Source: Chiloscyllium plagiosum (taxonomy: Eukaryota). From it: a DNA stretch of 64,000 nucleotides. The DNA lies in the NCBI RefSeq assembly GCF_004010195.1, contig NC_057718.1:87540606-87604605 (forward strand), given 5' to 3'. Below, piece by piece: positions 1 through 13,398 of this stretch. The position numbers and the translations under genes are program-made. The notes beneath the pieces are model-generated. The model worked only from the letters and a program-made list of their open reading frames with translations, did not search any database and was not told the DNA's origin. Each line of letters opens with the position of its first letter. Positions within the stretch are counted from its first letter, which is position 1.

Positions 1-129
1 CAGCAATGATTTACACTTGACCAGGATTCACATGCCTGGAAGGGGCCTCAGTACATCCAGCCAGGAAATCCAAAATGATCCTGGTATGTTGTGCAGCAAC
101 GCAGTTGGTATGCAATGTTTCTTCTGCAG

Positions 130-405
130 ATCCTCACAGCACCAGGGTCCCAGGTTCGATTCCAGCCTCGGGTGACTGTCTATGTGGAGTTTGCATGTTC
201 TCTCCGTGTCTGCATGGGTTTCCTCTGGGTACTCTGGTTTCCTCCCACAGTCCAAAGATGTGCAGGTCAGGGTAAATTGCCCATAGTGTTAAGTGTATTA
301 GTCAGAGGGAAATGGTTCTGGGTGGGTTACTCTTCAGAGGGTCAGTGTGGACTGGTTGGGCCGAAGGGCCTGTTTCCACACAGTAAGGAATCTAAGCTAA
401 TCAAA
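130..405 (+). mobile_element. HE1-like V-SINE
   Basis: tRNA-like B box (ggttcgattcc), V-domain core (gtggagtttgcatgttctc...ggtttcctcccacagtccaaagatgtgcagg) and CR1-like tail gggccgaagggcctgtttcc. Confidence 0.85.
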
Positions 406-559
406 TAATGCCAACAAAATGAGAATATGGAGAAGGCAGAGGACCCAACTCAGCACCATCAAATTTTTTATGATTCCAGTTAGTCACTATCCCAAATATA
501 ACAATCTCCATTCTTCTATATCACAGCAATTCCTCGAACCAACTATTCACCCATTGCAT

Positions 560-1210
560 AATGTCCCTCAATCTGGCCAGCATTTATTGTCCATTGCTAG
601 TAGCTCTGGAGAAGGTGGTGGTAAGTTGCCAGCTTGAATCTCTGAAGTTCTTAGTGTGTATCTTTAATTGTGATGATTTTAGGAAGGGATTCCAGGATTC
701 TGACTCAACAACAGTGAAGGAATGGCAATATAGTTCGAAGTTTAGGATGAATTACACTTGGGGGAAAAAAACTTGCAACTAGTGGTGTTCCCATGTATCT
801 ACAGACCTGTCTGTCCAGGTGGTAGAGGTTGAGAGTTTAGAAGGAGACTTCATGAACGGTTAGAGTGCAGTTTTATAGATGATAAGTGCTGGTGCCACTT
901 TCCGTTAAAAGAGTTGTTTTGACCTGGATGGTGTCAAGTTTCTTGAGTGATATTGGGACTGCACCCGTCCAGGCCAGAAGAATAAATTTCATCTCACATC
1001 AGACTCCCGTCTTGAAGAGAGTGAACAGGCATTGGGGAAGTAGGAGTTGAGTTACTGACCATAGTATTCCTGGCCTCTAGCCTGCTGTTGTAGCCAGAAT
1101 ATTTAGATGGCTTATCAGTTCAGTTTCCAGTCAATGGTAATACCAGAATGTCGATAGTGGGGAATTCAAATACGATGTTTCCACTGATCATAAACAGATG
1201 ACTGTTAGAT
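560..1210 (-). mobile_element. Old LINE 3' region (CR1/L2-like family)
   Basis: Reverse complement of the same 3' end seen at 14020-14490 and 35900-36505 (ctggccagcatttattg.ccattgc...ggagaaggtggtgg). Confidence 0.55.
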
Positions 1211-1599
1211 TGCTTAAGGGCTACATTCTCAAAGGCAAGTAAGACAAATATGGAGTCTATTGCATTTGATAAATTTAAGCCCAAGTTGACTTCAGAGGTT
1301 AATGGCTGAAAAGACAAGATGATATATCTCTTAGCTAAAGATGAGTGATTTGATATCTATAATTTTTGAAAGACAAGTCCAGTGAGACATTTTTGGTTTG
1401 AGAGCACGCGGTCAATCTTGAAGAGTATTAAATGCATTTGTTTCATCAGGTTAAAGAAATTTTATGAAGATTATGTAATCTAAAGGTCTGGCCATTGCTA
1501 TGGAGCTGCATGATACTTGGAGAAGTTCTCTAGTTCCAATTCATTCAGCTGTTGAAGGAATTATTTGCAGCTGAGGCCTAGCATTCACTGCAGTCCAGA

Positions 1600-2900
1600 A
1601 GGTGGTCATAGTAAATGACAGGCCTCTTGCAATGAAGGTCAATTTACCATTTGCTTGCTGTACCTATTTTTGTTGCATTATAAGGACACCCAGGTCCCTT
1701 TCTCCTTCAACACTGCCAATATATCACTGTTCAAATAATGGATAATCCTTTTGTTTTTCACACTGAATGTATAACTTCATGTTTAGTTGTATTGGGCATG
1801 TGTTTGCCCACTTGCTCAGTTGTCTAGATCACTTCACAGCCTCCTTATGTCCATCTCAACACTCAATCCTGCCCAGTTTTGTCATCAGCAAACTTGGAAA
1901 TATTGCATTTGGTTCCCTCGTCTCTGTACAGAGGCACCCCTGTTATCTGAATATCAATTATCCGAATTTCGGATTATCCAAAGAAGATCTCAAGGTCCCA
2001 ATTGAAACATTACATCAAAAAGATGTTACCAACACTGATCACTTCTTTTGTTTACAATGATTAAAAGTGAATTCGGCTTACTGAAATGCTGTTAAGAACA
2101 GTCCTGGACAATGATGGGAGCGCAGGCATCATCTCCAAATAACTGACCTCCCGCGCCCTCTCTCTCCCCACACTTATCCTGAAGTTCTAGATATGGGTGT
2201 ACCCTAAAGACCCTTTCCCCAGATAATCTCTCCAACATTATCCTGTACAGGGTAGAGTGGGAACTTGTCAAAACGTTGTGCGTGTGGCTGCTTGTGTGTG
2301 CGCTCGCTATTTTGAGACTCTTTCCCTCCCCCCCCTCCCCCCACACAAAGGCAGCAGTCTGGATGCCATTTCGGGTCAGGGACAGGGAGGGGGTTGGTGT
2401 TGCATGGTGTGCTGCTGCCTAGTCTCCTGAACAGGGAGCAGACATAGCAAGTGCTCACACTCTCAATCCCATTGAAGTGAAGTAGTGACGGGGAGAGGCT
2501 ACAGCAATGCTGCAGGCCCCTTACACATAAGTGTGTGTCTGCTCAGAAACAAACCCTGAGACAAAGAGAGAGCAAGGCAGGCACAGCAAGGAAAAAGGAA
2601 ATTTCAGAAAACTCCAAGCCCCAGAGGAGGGGCATTGAATGAATTATCCGAATAATCAATTATCTGCATGAAATACTGCCCGCTGATCTCATTCGGATAA
2701 TCGAGGTTCCTCTGTATGTTGTGAATAGCTGGGCTCGAGCATTGATATTTGTGGTACCTTACTAGTCACTGCCTTTCTTAGGGAAAAGACCCATTTATTA
2801 CCACTCTGTTTCCTGTCTCTCAATTCTTGATCTATGCCAATATATTATCCCTATCCCATATGCTTTAACTTAGTCCACTAACCTCTTATGAGGGACCTTA
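1600..2900 (-). mobile_element. Decayed CR1 RT fragment interrupted by a MITE
   Basis: Antisense CR1 RT landmarks on both sides of 1929-2714 (gtcatcagcaaac = FADD; gaatagc...tggtacc..actagtcac = VTSGVPQ). Confidence 0.6.
1929..2714. mobile_element. Tigger/pogo-like (Tc1-mariner) non-autonomous element (MITE)
   Basis: TA at 1927-1928 and 2715-2716. Imperfect TIRs: left CAGAGGCACCCCTGTTATCTGAA, right (reverse complement) CAGAGGAACCTCGATTATCCGAA. Subterminal ATTATCCGAA repeats; no transposase. Confidence 0.8.
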
Positions 2901-2995
2901 AAAGAATGATGCCACATTTTCAGTTGAGGATGGTACGTGGCTTGGGACCTTAAAAGAATGATGCCACATTTTCAGTTGAGGATGGTATGTGGCTT
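2892..2995 (+). repeat. 52-bp tandem duplication (2 copies, 1 mismatch)
   Basis: gggaccttaaaagaatgatgccacattttcagttgaggatggta(c/t)gtggctt starts at 2892 and at 2944. Confidence 0.95.
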
Positions 2996-4451
2996 GGAGG
3001 GATATTATATTTGGTCGTAATCCCATCTAAGTAGTTGAGGTTGAGTAATTGACACTCTGCAGATTTTCTGCTCAGAATTATGTATGCTAGATACTTTTGA
3101 GAAAAGGGTGGATACAAATATATCTTTGATAAAGTTTCTTAGTCAATAAGCCAATTATTCAGTCTTGACCAAAGGAACCTGACTGACTTGTTCTTAATTA
3201 TGAACCTGATCTAATATAACTGCTCTGCAAAATACGCACTTACATATTTGGCCCTAACATCAACCGGTTAAATTTAAAATTGGTGACCAGTGGAGGAATG
3301 GGATTAGAAAAGAAAACAGAGCAACCCTTCCAACTTTGATCTTTAAAACTTTTATTGATCAATGACCCCCTCACAATAGCTGTCAGTGTTCTGAAAATTT
3401 CTTGATGTTTCTATGCACCCTGAAATAATTATCTTCTATGGGAATGAGCTACTTAGGCCTCATAAGGCTAGTCAGTATTCCCACATTCACATGGTGATGG
3501 CACTAATATTACTTGAAGAGGCTGTTTGTGGCATTTAATGATTATATGAGCGAAACTACAATTCAGGATATTTGCTATTATGGACAGACTTTATGGTTTT
3601 AATCTCTCCTTGGACTCCACTCTTATTAGGGAAGTGGAAGATTCATTGTTTTCTGTCAGTTTAATCTCAAAAGCTGTCTTTGCTTCTCTATTCATTATAT
3701 TTATATGATTTGCATTTTCTTCCACTGAACATAATGGTGCTTCCAACCAGGAATTCACATAAGTAACTTGTAAGCATACCATTGTTCTCTTACATTCAAT
3801 TTCTTACATGCCATCACTGGCACTAATCCTCATTCTTGCACAACTTGATGCTTGTTAACTGTTTATACTGGGTGTCTTCCTGGAACCACTATTTGGATGG
3901 TTTCTTCTGGATTCAGTGGGGTAATTTCCAAGAAAATTCTCTACAGGAACCCTTTCCAAATGCTAAAGATGTCTTTAAGTAGGTTTTCAGCTCTGACATT
4001 TTGCTGAGAGGTGTTGCAAAGGAAGAGAGGGAGCAATGAGCTATCCCTTCCCGTGCCACCCTCACATTCTCTGTGACTAGGTTCAGAAATGCAACAATAT
4101 TGATCCACTCACATACAGGCTGTGACCTCTCTTTGAAAGTCTTCAGACATATGACTCTATCTGAGCTCCTTGCAAGAGCACCATTATTGTTACTGTGCCC
4201 AAACCTTTTTTTGTTAATAAAGCTTATTTTGAATAAAAGTTCAAGATGTACTTATAAAAACTTCACATAATCTTTTTATATTAAAAAATTAAATCTTTTC
4301 ACAACACCTTCACCCTTGGGAGAAATAACAGGAACCACCAGCAAAGATACAACAGAGTGCATCAGGAGAGAGCATTTTAAAAAAGAAAACTGAAGTCACC
4401 AGTTCAGTTTGAAAAAACATTAGTAACGTTACAGGAAAACCTTACTGGAAT

Positions 4452-4717
4452 TAGAATCCCTGTAGTGTGGAAACAGGTCTGTCGGCCTAACAAGTCCATA
4501 CCAACACTCCAAAGAGTATTCTACCCAGACCCATTACCCTACCCTATTACTCCCCATTTCCCCTGACTAATGCACCTAACCTACACATCCCTAAACACTA
4601 TACGCAATTTAGTATAGTCAGTTCACCTAACCTGTACGGCTTTGGACTGTGGGAGGAAACCGGAGCACCTGGAGGAAAGTCATGCAGACATGGGGAGAAT
4701 GTGAAAACTCCACACAG
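4452..4717 (-). mobile_element. HE1-like V-SINE (5'-truncated)
   Basis: Reverse-complement V-domain (tttggactgtgggaggaaaccggagcacc...aaactccacacag) and tail. Confidence 0.85.
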
Positions 4718-4724
4718 TAGAAAT

Positions 4725-6700
4725 TCATCCCAAGAAAGAAATGTATTAGGGAGAGGACAAGGCAACCATGGCTGACCAGGGAAGACAGAGATAGCGTAAC
4801 AGCAAAAGAAAAAACATACGGTGTGAAGATTAGTGGGAAGCCAGAGAATTGGGAAACATTTAAAATCCAACAGAGGACAACTAAAGAAAAATTAAGGGGG
4901 CAGAAGATGAAACATGAGGGTAAGCTAACTAATAATATTAAAGAAGGTTGCAGGATTTTTTCTGATACATAAAAGACGAGAGAGGCAAGAGTGGACATTG
5001 GGCTGCTGGAAATTGCGGCGAGATAAATAGTATTGGGAAACAAAGAAACGGTGGAGGAGCTGATTAAGTACTTTGCATCTGTCTTCATGGTGGAAGACAC
5101 AAGCATACTATAACTTCGAGAGTTGTGGCCATGAATAAAGAGAATGTGCAGGGGAAGCTGAAACGTCTGAAGGTGGATAAATCACCTGGATCAGATGGAC
5201 TACACCCCAGAGTTCTGAAGGAGATGGCTGAGAAGATTGTGGTGGCATTGATGGTGAGCTTTCAGGAATCACTGGAATCAGGAAGGATCCCAGAGGACTA
5301 GAAAGTGGTTAATGTAATATGCTTATTTAAGAAGAGAGAGAGGCAGAAGATAGAAACTTATAGGAAGGTTAGCCTGGTAAGATTTTAGGGTTCATTTTGA
5401 GATTGCTGAGTACAAGGAAGTGCATGATAAAATAGGGCAGAGTTAGCACAGCTTCATTAAGGGGAGGTCATGCCCACAAATCTGTTAGAATTAAGGATGT
5501 AATGAGCAGGTTAGACCAAGGAGAGCCAGTGGATGCAATCTATTTGGATTTCCAGAAGGCTTTTGATAAGCTGCTGCACAGGAAGCTGTTGATTAAGACA
5601 AGAGCCCATGACGCTAGGGCCAAGGTACTGTTATAGATAGAGGATAAGCTGATTGGCAGAAGGCAGAGAATAGGATAAAGAGGTTTTTATGTGCGGCAGT
5701 TGGTAACTTGTGTAGTTCTGCAAGAGTCTGCATTGGGACCATAACTATTCACATTATATGTTAATGATCAGGATGAAGGAACTGACGGCATTGTTGCTAA
5801 GTTTGCAGATGACACCAAAATGGGTAGAGGGACAGATAGTGTTGAGGAAGGGGGGGGTGGTTGCAGAAGGACTTGGATGGGCTTTGTGAGTAGGCAAATA
5901 AGTGGTAGATGAAATACAATGTGGCAAGTATGAGGTTCGGCACTTTATTTTGAGTCAGAGCCTTATTTTGAAAACACTCTTCAGAAACCGGAAGTACAAA
6001 GGAACTTAAGAGTCCTAGTTCAGGATTCTCTTAAAGTTAACATGCAGACTGAATTGGCAGTTAGGAAGGCAAACGCAGTTTTAGCATTCATTTTAAGAGG
6101 GCTAGAATACAAGAACAGTGATGTAATTCTAAGACTGTATAAGGCTCTGGTCAAGCCGCATTTGGAATATTGTGAGCAGTTTTGGGCTGTGTCTAAGGAA
6201 TGATGCGCTGGCCTTGGAGAGGGTTCAGAGGAAGTTTATAAGAATGATTCTGGAGATGAAGTGCTTGTCATATGAGGAAGGGTCAAGGACTCTGGGTCTC
6301 TGTACTTAATGGAGTTTAGAAGGATGAGGGGTAATCTTATTGAAGCTTCCAGAAAACTGAGAGGCCTGAGTCGAGTAGATGTTTCGACTAGTAGGGTAGA
6401 CTCGGACCTGAGGGCACAGCCTCGGACGACCCTTTAGAACTGAGATAAGGTGGAATCTCTTCAGCCAGAGGGTGGTTCATCTGTGAAACTCATTGTTGCA
6501 GAAGACTGTGGTGGCCAAGTCATTGAGTGTATTTAAAACAGGCAAAGATAAGTTTCTGATTATTAACAGGATCAAAAGTTATGGGGAGAAGGCAGGGGAA
6601 TGGGATTACTAAGCATATCAGCCATAATCGAATAGTGAAGCAGACTTTGATGGGTTGAATAGTCTAACTGTGCTTCTATTATCTAATGGTCTTATGGCTT
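4725..6700 (+). mobile_element. CR1 LINE, 5'-truncated decayed ORF2 and 3' end
   Basis: Frameshifted remnants of PWLT, KSPGSDGLHPRVLKE, YLDFQKAFDK, KFADDTK and RLYKALVKPHLEYCEQFW, followed by a CR1 3'UTR. Confidence 0.9.
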
Positions 6701-9045
6701 GTATGTTAACTTGCTGTGATCCATGCACTAAGATGCATATTGTTCTGAATCCAATTGATATGTTCACCTATTTGAATCCCAAATGTTTCTATTGTTCATT
6801 TTAATGAATAATGTTTCCCGTGTTATATTGTACCTCTTTTACAGTACACTAACATATCTGGTTTATATTCTTGAGGTGATTGGTTGTCCCCTCGCGCGCA
6901 CACTTCCCATTTCGCTTAGTATCATCAGCAAACTTGATATTACACTTGGTCCCCTCATATAAGATATTGATATGGATTGTTAATAACTAAAATTCATGTA
7001 TTGATCCTCAAACCCCAGTTGCACCCTGTCATCTGGAAAGTGACCAGTTTATTTCAAAATCTGGTTTTCTGTGTGTCAACCAATCCTCGTGCAATTACCC
7101 CAAACTAATGAGCCTTAATTTTGCGTGACAGCTTGTTTTTGTAAGTTTTTCTGTGGGATGTGAATGTTGCTGGCTAGGTCATCTTTAGATGCCCTTGTGA
7201 CAGAGGGTGTCAGCTACCACCTTGAACTACTGCAGTCCATGTCATGTCCACAATGCTGTTCTACAGAGACTTCCACAATTTTGACCATTGCAATAATGAT
7301 AACAATACAACACTACTTCAGTATCTGAGAAATGGGGCTTAAAATAGTGCAATCATCTGCAAGCATCCACATTTCTGACCTTATGATGGAGGGAGGCTCA
7401 CTGATGAAGCAGCTGAACATGTTTGAGAAATTCCCGCAGCACCTCAAGACTCAGATGCCCCAACAGCCAGAATCATTTTCCCTTCCTAACTCCAACCATT
7501 GGAGAATTTTCCTCAATTCCCACCGAGTCCAGTTTTGACAGGGCTTCTGTCTGCCATCTTCAATCAAACGCTGCCTCTTTGTTGTGGTTGGTCAATCTCA
7601 CCTCACCTTGGTCTTGCACCTCATTGAATGCTTACTGAAAATCTAAATATTCTACATCTAGTAGATTTCCCTCATCTGCCCTGGTTGTAACATCCTCAAA
7701 TATCTCATATTTGTCAAACATTTGATTCTGCCTGATAATTCCCTGACTTTCTAAGTGCCGAGTTATCACATCAGTAATAGTTTAAGGGAGTTGCCTTGAA
7801 GGAAGATACTCAGAGGTGGGATTCCAGAGTTTAGGACCAGGTGCCATGGTGGAGAAAAGTAAATTGGAGGTGCACTCGATGCTAGACTTAGATGAGCTCA
7901 AACATCTTGGAGGATTGGTTCCATCATACTGTATTTGCTGCTGTCCAAGATCTCTTCATTTGTTGAAATTAATGTTCTTCATTATTGTTGTATTGTTAGA
8001 ACCCTTGCAGACACACTCATTATTTTTTTCATTATTTTTGGTTTAGGTTTGTGACCACTGAGCTGACAGCTGAAGACTACCTTTGTACTGTAAGCTTTGG
8101 ATTGTGTTTTAAAAGAAAGAGAACAAACAAGCTGATGTTTGCTTATGAGGCCAGGCCTTAAATCTAATTGCAGGTTGATTCTTATTAAAAAGCGTTCAAT
8201 ATATGCTTCGATGCCAGAGAGGCCTTATGCTCAAGCAGATGGCAGATGCTGAATATTAACGGAGACATCATGAGGAGAAGGTTATCTTGCAGGAAGAGGT
8301 TAGAGTTTGAACTGGTTTTTGGATTTTGTTTAGGTCAGAAGGGTTGTGTCTGTGAAACATACAGGACAGAGGTTTTGATTGTTGCCTGGTTGTCCCCTCA
8401 TCATCAACTCACTGAAAATTTAGAGAATAGAATCTCAGTTACAATAACTAAATGAATATTTCTGAAGCCGGTTGGAAAATATTTGCATACATCGGTGTCA
8501 TCAAAAACCAAGCAAGGTCATCCTCTGCTGCTGTTATGGATCTTGGAGTCGTCTTAAGTGAACTAGCCAGTTACATGGCCTTTTTCCTGTCCAGGAGTAG
8601 CGGGAGACAGAGTGGAGGTGACGTTGGAGATTCCCGGGAAGGTAAAGATTTAGTATATATTTGGGCAGCAGCTAAACCCGAGGTACTACATGTGTAGTAT
8701 TTCCATCTTGCCCCCCCTCCTCTAACCAGAAGAAAAGGACTCTTAACGTTTTTTTTCTCTTTTATATATGCAAGTACTTTGGTATTAGTTAATTGACATA
8801 AAGCTAAAGCTTACAATGACAGGGGACCTCAGACCCATGGCATGTGCCTCTTGCTTGATGTGGGAGCTCACGGACATGGCTGATGTCCCTGACCCTTACA
8901 CCTGCAAGAAGTGTGTCCAGCTGCAGCTCTTGTTTGACTGCATGATGGCTCTGGAGCTGCAGATGGACTCAGCGTGGAGCATCCGCAATGCTGAGGAGGT
9001 CATGGATAGCACGTTTAGTGATTCGTCACACCGCAGGTTAGAATT

Positions 9046-9322
9046 GGGCAGCACGGTGGCACAATGGTTCGCACTGCTGTCTCACAGCGGCAGAGACCCG
9101 AGTTCAATTCCCACCTCAGGCAACTATCTTGTGTGGAGTTTGCACATTCTCCCCGTGTCTGCGTGGGTTTCCTCCGGGTCCTCCAGTTTTCTCCCACAAT
9201 CCAAAAAAAAGGGGTGAAGGGGTAAATGTAGGGGAATAGGTCTGGGTGGGTTGCTCTTCGGAAGGTCGGTGTGGACTTGTTGGGCCAAAGGGCCTGTTTC
9301 CACACTAAGTAATCTAATCTAA
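9046..9322 (+). mobile_element. HE1-like V-SINE inserted in CR1 ORF1
   Basis: gggcagcacggtggcacaatggtt (A box), gagttcaattcc (B box), V-domain and (AATCT)n tail. Confidence 0.9.
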
Positions 9323-11859
9323 CTGCTGAGGGAGACAATGAATGGGTGACCAGAAGGCAGTGCAGGTGTCCCCTGCGGTCATCTCCCTCCAAAACAGGTA
9401 TATCGTTTTGGATACTGTTGGGGGAGATGACTCACCAGGGGACGGCAGCTATTGCCAAGATCATGGCATCGTGGCAGGCACTGCTGTTCAGAAGGGCAGG
9501 AAAAAGACCTCATAGGGCCATAGTCATAGGGGATTGTATTGTAAGGGGAGTAGGTAAGGGTTCTGTGGCCAAAAACAAGAGTCACAGATGGCATGTTGCC
9601 TCCCAGGTGCTCAGGTCAAGGACGTCACTGATCAGCTGCAGAGCATTCTGAAAGGGCAGAGTGAACTGCCAGTTGTCTTGGTTTTATAGGCACCAATGAT
9701 ATAAGTAAAAAAAAAAAATTAATGTCCTGAAAGTAGAATTCAGGGAGCTAGGAGAGAAGTTAAAGAGGAGGACCTCAAAGGTAGTGATCTCAGGATTACT
9801 ACCAGTGCCACGTGCTAGCCAGGGTAGAAATGTTAGAATAGGCAGGATGAACACATGGCTTGAGGGATGGTGTAGGAGGGAGGGGTTCAGATTTGTGGGA
9901 CATTGGGACCAGTTCTGGGGAAGGTGGGACTATTACAAATTGGATGGCCTATACCTGAACCAGAATGGAACTAATGTCCTTAGGGGAGTTTTTAAACTAA
10001 TGTGGCAGGGGGCTGGGAACCAGAGGAGAAGACTTTTGGACAGTAAGTTGGAAACAAGAGACTGTAATGTTCATGAAGTTAGCATTACCAAGGGGAAGAG
10101 TAGGCAGAGAACAAATGAACGTAAAGGAACTGGTGGTCTGAAGTGCATATACTTTAATGCAAGGAGAATAGTGAGTAAGGCAGATGAGCTTAGGGCTTGG
10201 ATTGGTGCCTGGGAATATGACATTATTGCAATCACAGAGACTTGGTTGAGGGAAGGACATGATTGGCAGCTAAATGTTCCAGAACATGGATGCTTCAGAC
10301 AGTTCAGGGAAGGAAGTAAAAGGGGGGAGGAGTTGCATTGCTGATCAGGGGTGCTAAGGGAGGACACTATGGAGGGCTTGAGCAGTGAGGCGTTATGGGT
10401 AGAGCTGAAAAATAAGTGTGCAGTTCCATTGTTGGGGCAGTATTACAGGCCTCCCAACAGTGAGCATGAGGTAGAAGAACAAATAGGTAAACGGATAATG
10501 GAAAGACGTAGAAGAAACAGGTGGTAGTGATGGGAGATTTTAATTTTCCCAACATTGACCTGGATACACTGAGTGTCAGAATTTGTATGGAGCATCCAGG
10601 AAAGTTTTCTAGAGCAGTATGTCGATAGTCCGACGAGGGAAGGGGCCATATTGGACCTGATGTTGGGTAATGAGCCAGGCCAGGTGGTAGAAGTTGCAGT
10701 GGGGGATTTCTTTGGGAATAGTGCCCACAATTCTGTAAGTTTTAGAATACTCATAGACAAAGATGATGAGGGTGGTCCTGAGGGAAGAGTAGTAGACTGG
10801 GCCAAGGCCAACTTTATTAATATTCGATAGGAGTTGGGAAATGTGGATTGGGAGCAGCTACTTGAAGGGAAGTCCATACTTGAAATGTGGGAGGCTTTCA
10901 AAGGTAGGTTGAAGGTAGTGCAGGATAGGCATGTCCCTTTGAAAACAAGGGATAGGAAAGGCAAGATTCATGAACCATGGATGACTCAAGAGGAAAAGTG
11001 AAGTGTACATAAGGTCCAGGCAGCTAAGAACAGAACGGGCCTTGGAAGAATATCGGGACAGTAAGATCAATCTTAAGCAAGGAATCAAACGGGCTAAAAG
11101 GGGTCATGAAATAACTTTAGCGAGCAGAATTAAGGAGAATCCCAAAGCCTTTTATTCATATGTAAGAAGCAAGACGGTAACTAGAGAAAGGGTTGGTCCA
11201 CTAAAGGATAAGGAAGGAAGGTTGTGTGTCAAACCTGAGAAAATGGGTGAGATTTTCAATGATTACTTTGCATCCGTGTTCACTGAGGAAAGGGATATGA
11301 TGAATGTTGAGATTGGAAATAGAGGTTTGTTTACTCTGGATCACATTGACATAAGGAGGGAGGAGGTGTGGGGTAGGCTAAAGGATATTAAGGTGGACAA
11401 ATCACCAGGACCAGATTGGATGTATCCAAGGTAGCAGAGGGAAGCGAGAGAGGAAATAGCTGGGGCCCTGACAGATTACTTGTAGCATCCTTAAACACAG
11501 GTGAGGCGCCTGAGGACTGGAGGATTGCTAATGTTGTTCCCCTGTACAAGAAGGGCAGTAGGGATATTCTAGGTAACTACAGATCAGTGAACCTGACATC
11601 AATGTTGGGAAAGCTGCTGGAGAAGGTACGAGGGATAAAATCTATTTATATTCTGAAACGAATGGGCTTATCAGTGATAGGCAACATGGTTTTGTGCAGG
11701 GCAGATCGTGCCTTACCAACTTAATAGAGTTCTTTGAGGAAGTGACCAATTTGATGGATGAAGGAAGAACTGTAGATGTCATATACATAGACTTTAGTAG
11801 GGCATTTGATAAGGTTCCCCATGGTAAACTAATGGAGAAAGTGAAGTCACATAGTGTGC

Positions 11860-12180
11860 AGGGTGTTCGATTCTCGCCCTCGGTCGATAGTCTGTGTGGA
11901 GTTTGCACGTTCTCCCAGTGTCTGCATGGGTTTCCTCGGGGTGCTCTGGTTTCCTCCCACAATCCAAAAGCTGTGCAGGCCAGGTGAATTGGCCATGCTA
12001 AATTGCCAAGTCAGGGGTAAATATAGGGTAGGGTCTGGATGGGTTACTGGGTTCTGGACTCCCCGACCCCAGGGAAAAGACTTTGCCTATTTACCCTATC
12101 TGGTTACTCATCAGATAGTCTGTGTGGACTTGTTGGGCCAAAGGGCCTGTTTCCGTACTGTAGGTGATCAAATCGATAAA
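11860..12180 (+). mobile_element. HE1-like V-SINE inserted in the CR1 RT region, itself carrying a small antisense CR1 insert
   Basis: V-domain and tail interrupt RT between ...KVKSH and the VTSNVPQG block. Confidence 0.85.
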
Positions 12181-12617
12181 ATAGGAGATAGTAGTAATTG
12201 AAGGGAGTTTCTTGAAATGGAGACAGGTGACCAGTAATGTTCCACAGGGATCAGTGCTGCGTCCACTGTTGTTTGTGATATACATACATAATCTGGAAGA
12301 GGGCATTGTTGGTCTGATCAGTAAGTTTACAGATGACACGAAGATTGGTGGAGTAGTAGAAAGCATAGGAGACTGTCAAAGAATACAGGAGAATATAGAT
12401 AGACTGGTGTGTTGGACAGAAAAGTGACAGACGGAGTTCAATCCAGGCATGCATTTTGGGAAATCTAATTTTAGAGCGAGCTATACTGTAAACAGGAGAG
12501 CCTTGGCTAAAGTTAATGAGCAGAGAGATCTGGGAGTTCAGGTCCATTGTACCCTGAAGGTGGCTGCACAAGTGGATAGAGTGGTCAAGAAGGCATATGG
12601 TATGCTTGCCTTCATCG

Positions 12618-13042
12618 NNNNNNNNNNNNNNNNNNNNNNNNNNNNNNNNNNNNNNNNNNNNNNNNNNNNNNNNNNNNNNNNNNNNNNNNNNNNNNNNNNN
12701 NNNNNNNNNNNNNNNNNNNNNNNNNNNNNNNNNNNNNNNNNNNNNNNNNNNNNNNNNNNNNNNNNNNNNNNNNNNNNNNNNNNNNNNNNNNNNNNNNNNN
12801 NNNNNNNNNNNNNNNNNNNNNNNNNNNNNNNNNNNNNNNNNNNNNNNNNNNNNNNNNNNNNNNNNNNNNNNNNNNNNNNNNNNNNNNNNNNNNNNNNNNN
12901 NNNNNNNNNNNNNNNNNNNNNNNNNNNNNNNNNNNNNNNNNNNNNNNNNNNNNNNNNNNNNNNNNNNNNNNNNNNNNNNNNNNNNNNNNNNNNNNNNNNN
13001 NNNNNNNNNNNNNNNNNNNNNNNNNNNNNNNNNNNNNNNNNN
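12618..13042. other. Assembly gap (425 N)
   Basis: Run of n flanked on both sides by CR1 sequence. Confidence 1.
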
Positions 13043-13398
13043 AGGGGCATGGATAGGGTAAATAGACAAAGTCTTTTCCCTGGGATGGAGGAATCCAGAA
13101 CTAGAGGGCATAGGTTTAGGGTGAGAGGGGAAAGATATAAAAGAGACCTAAGGGGCAACCTTTTCACACAGAGGATGATACGTGTTTGGAATGAGCTGCC
13201 AGAGGAAGTGGTGGAGGCTGGTACAATTGCAACATTTAAGAGGCATTTGGATGGGTATATGAATAGGAAGGGTTTGGAAGGATATGGGCCGGGCGCTGGC
13301 TGGTGGGACTAGATTGGGTTGGGATATCTGGTCGGCATGGACAGGTTCGACCGAGGGGTCTGTTTCCATGCTGTACATCTCTGTAACTATGACTCTAT
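13043..13398 (+). mobile_element. Younger CR1 3' end nested in the older CR1
   Basis: RGMDRVNRQSLFP...TRGHRFRVRGERYKRDLRGNLFTQR plus tail ctgtacatctct...atgactcta. Near-identical to 46760-47115. The host CR1 resumes at about 13399. Confidence 0.8.

Noticed and set aside
9046..9125. tRNA-like A/B boxes here and at other SINE heads
   Set aside because: They run straight into V-SINE bodies and I could not fold a full cloverleaf; SINE promoters, not tRNA genes.
9784..10344. 186-aa esterase-like ORF as a host gene
   Set aside because: It is CR1 ORF1 esterase reading into the ORF2 endonuclease start within a mutated LINE.
12251..13312. Long ORFs (154-287 aa) in the ORF track
   Set aside because: Artefacts of translating through the 425-N gap; the flanks are CR1 ORF2 pieces.
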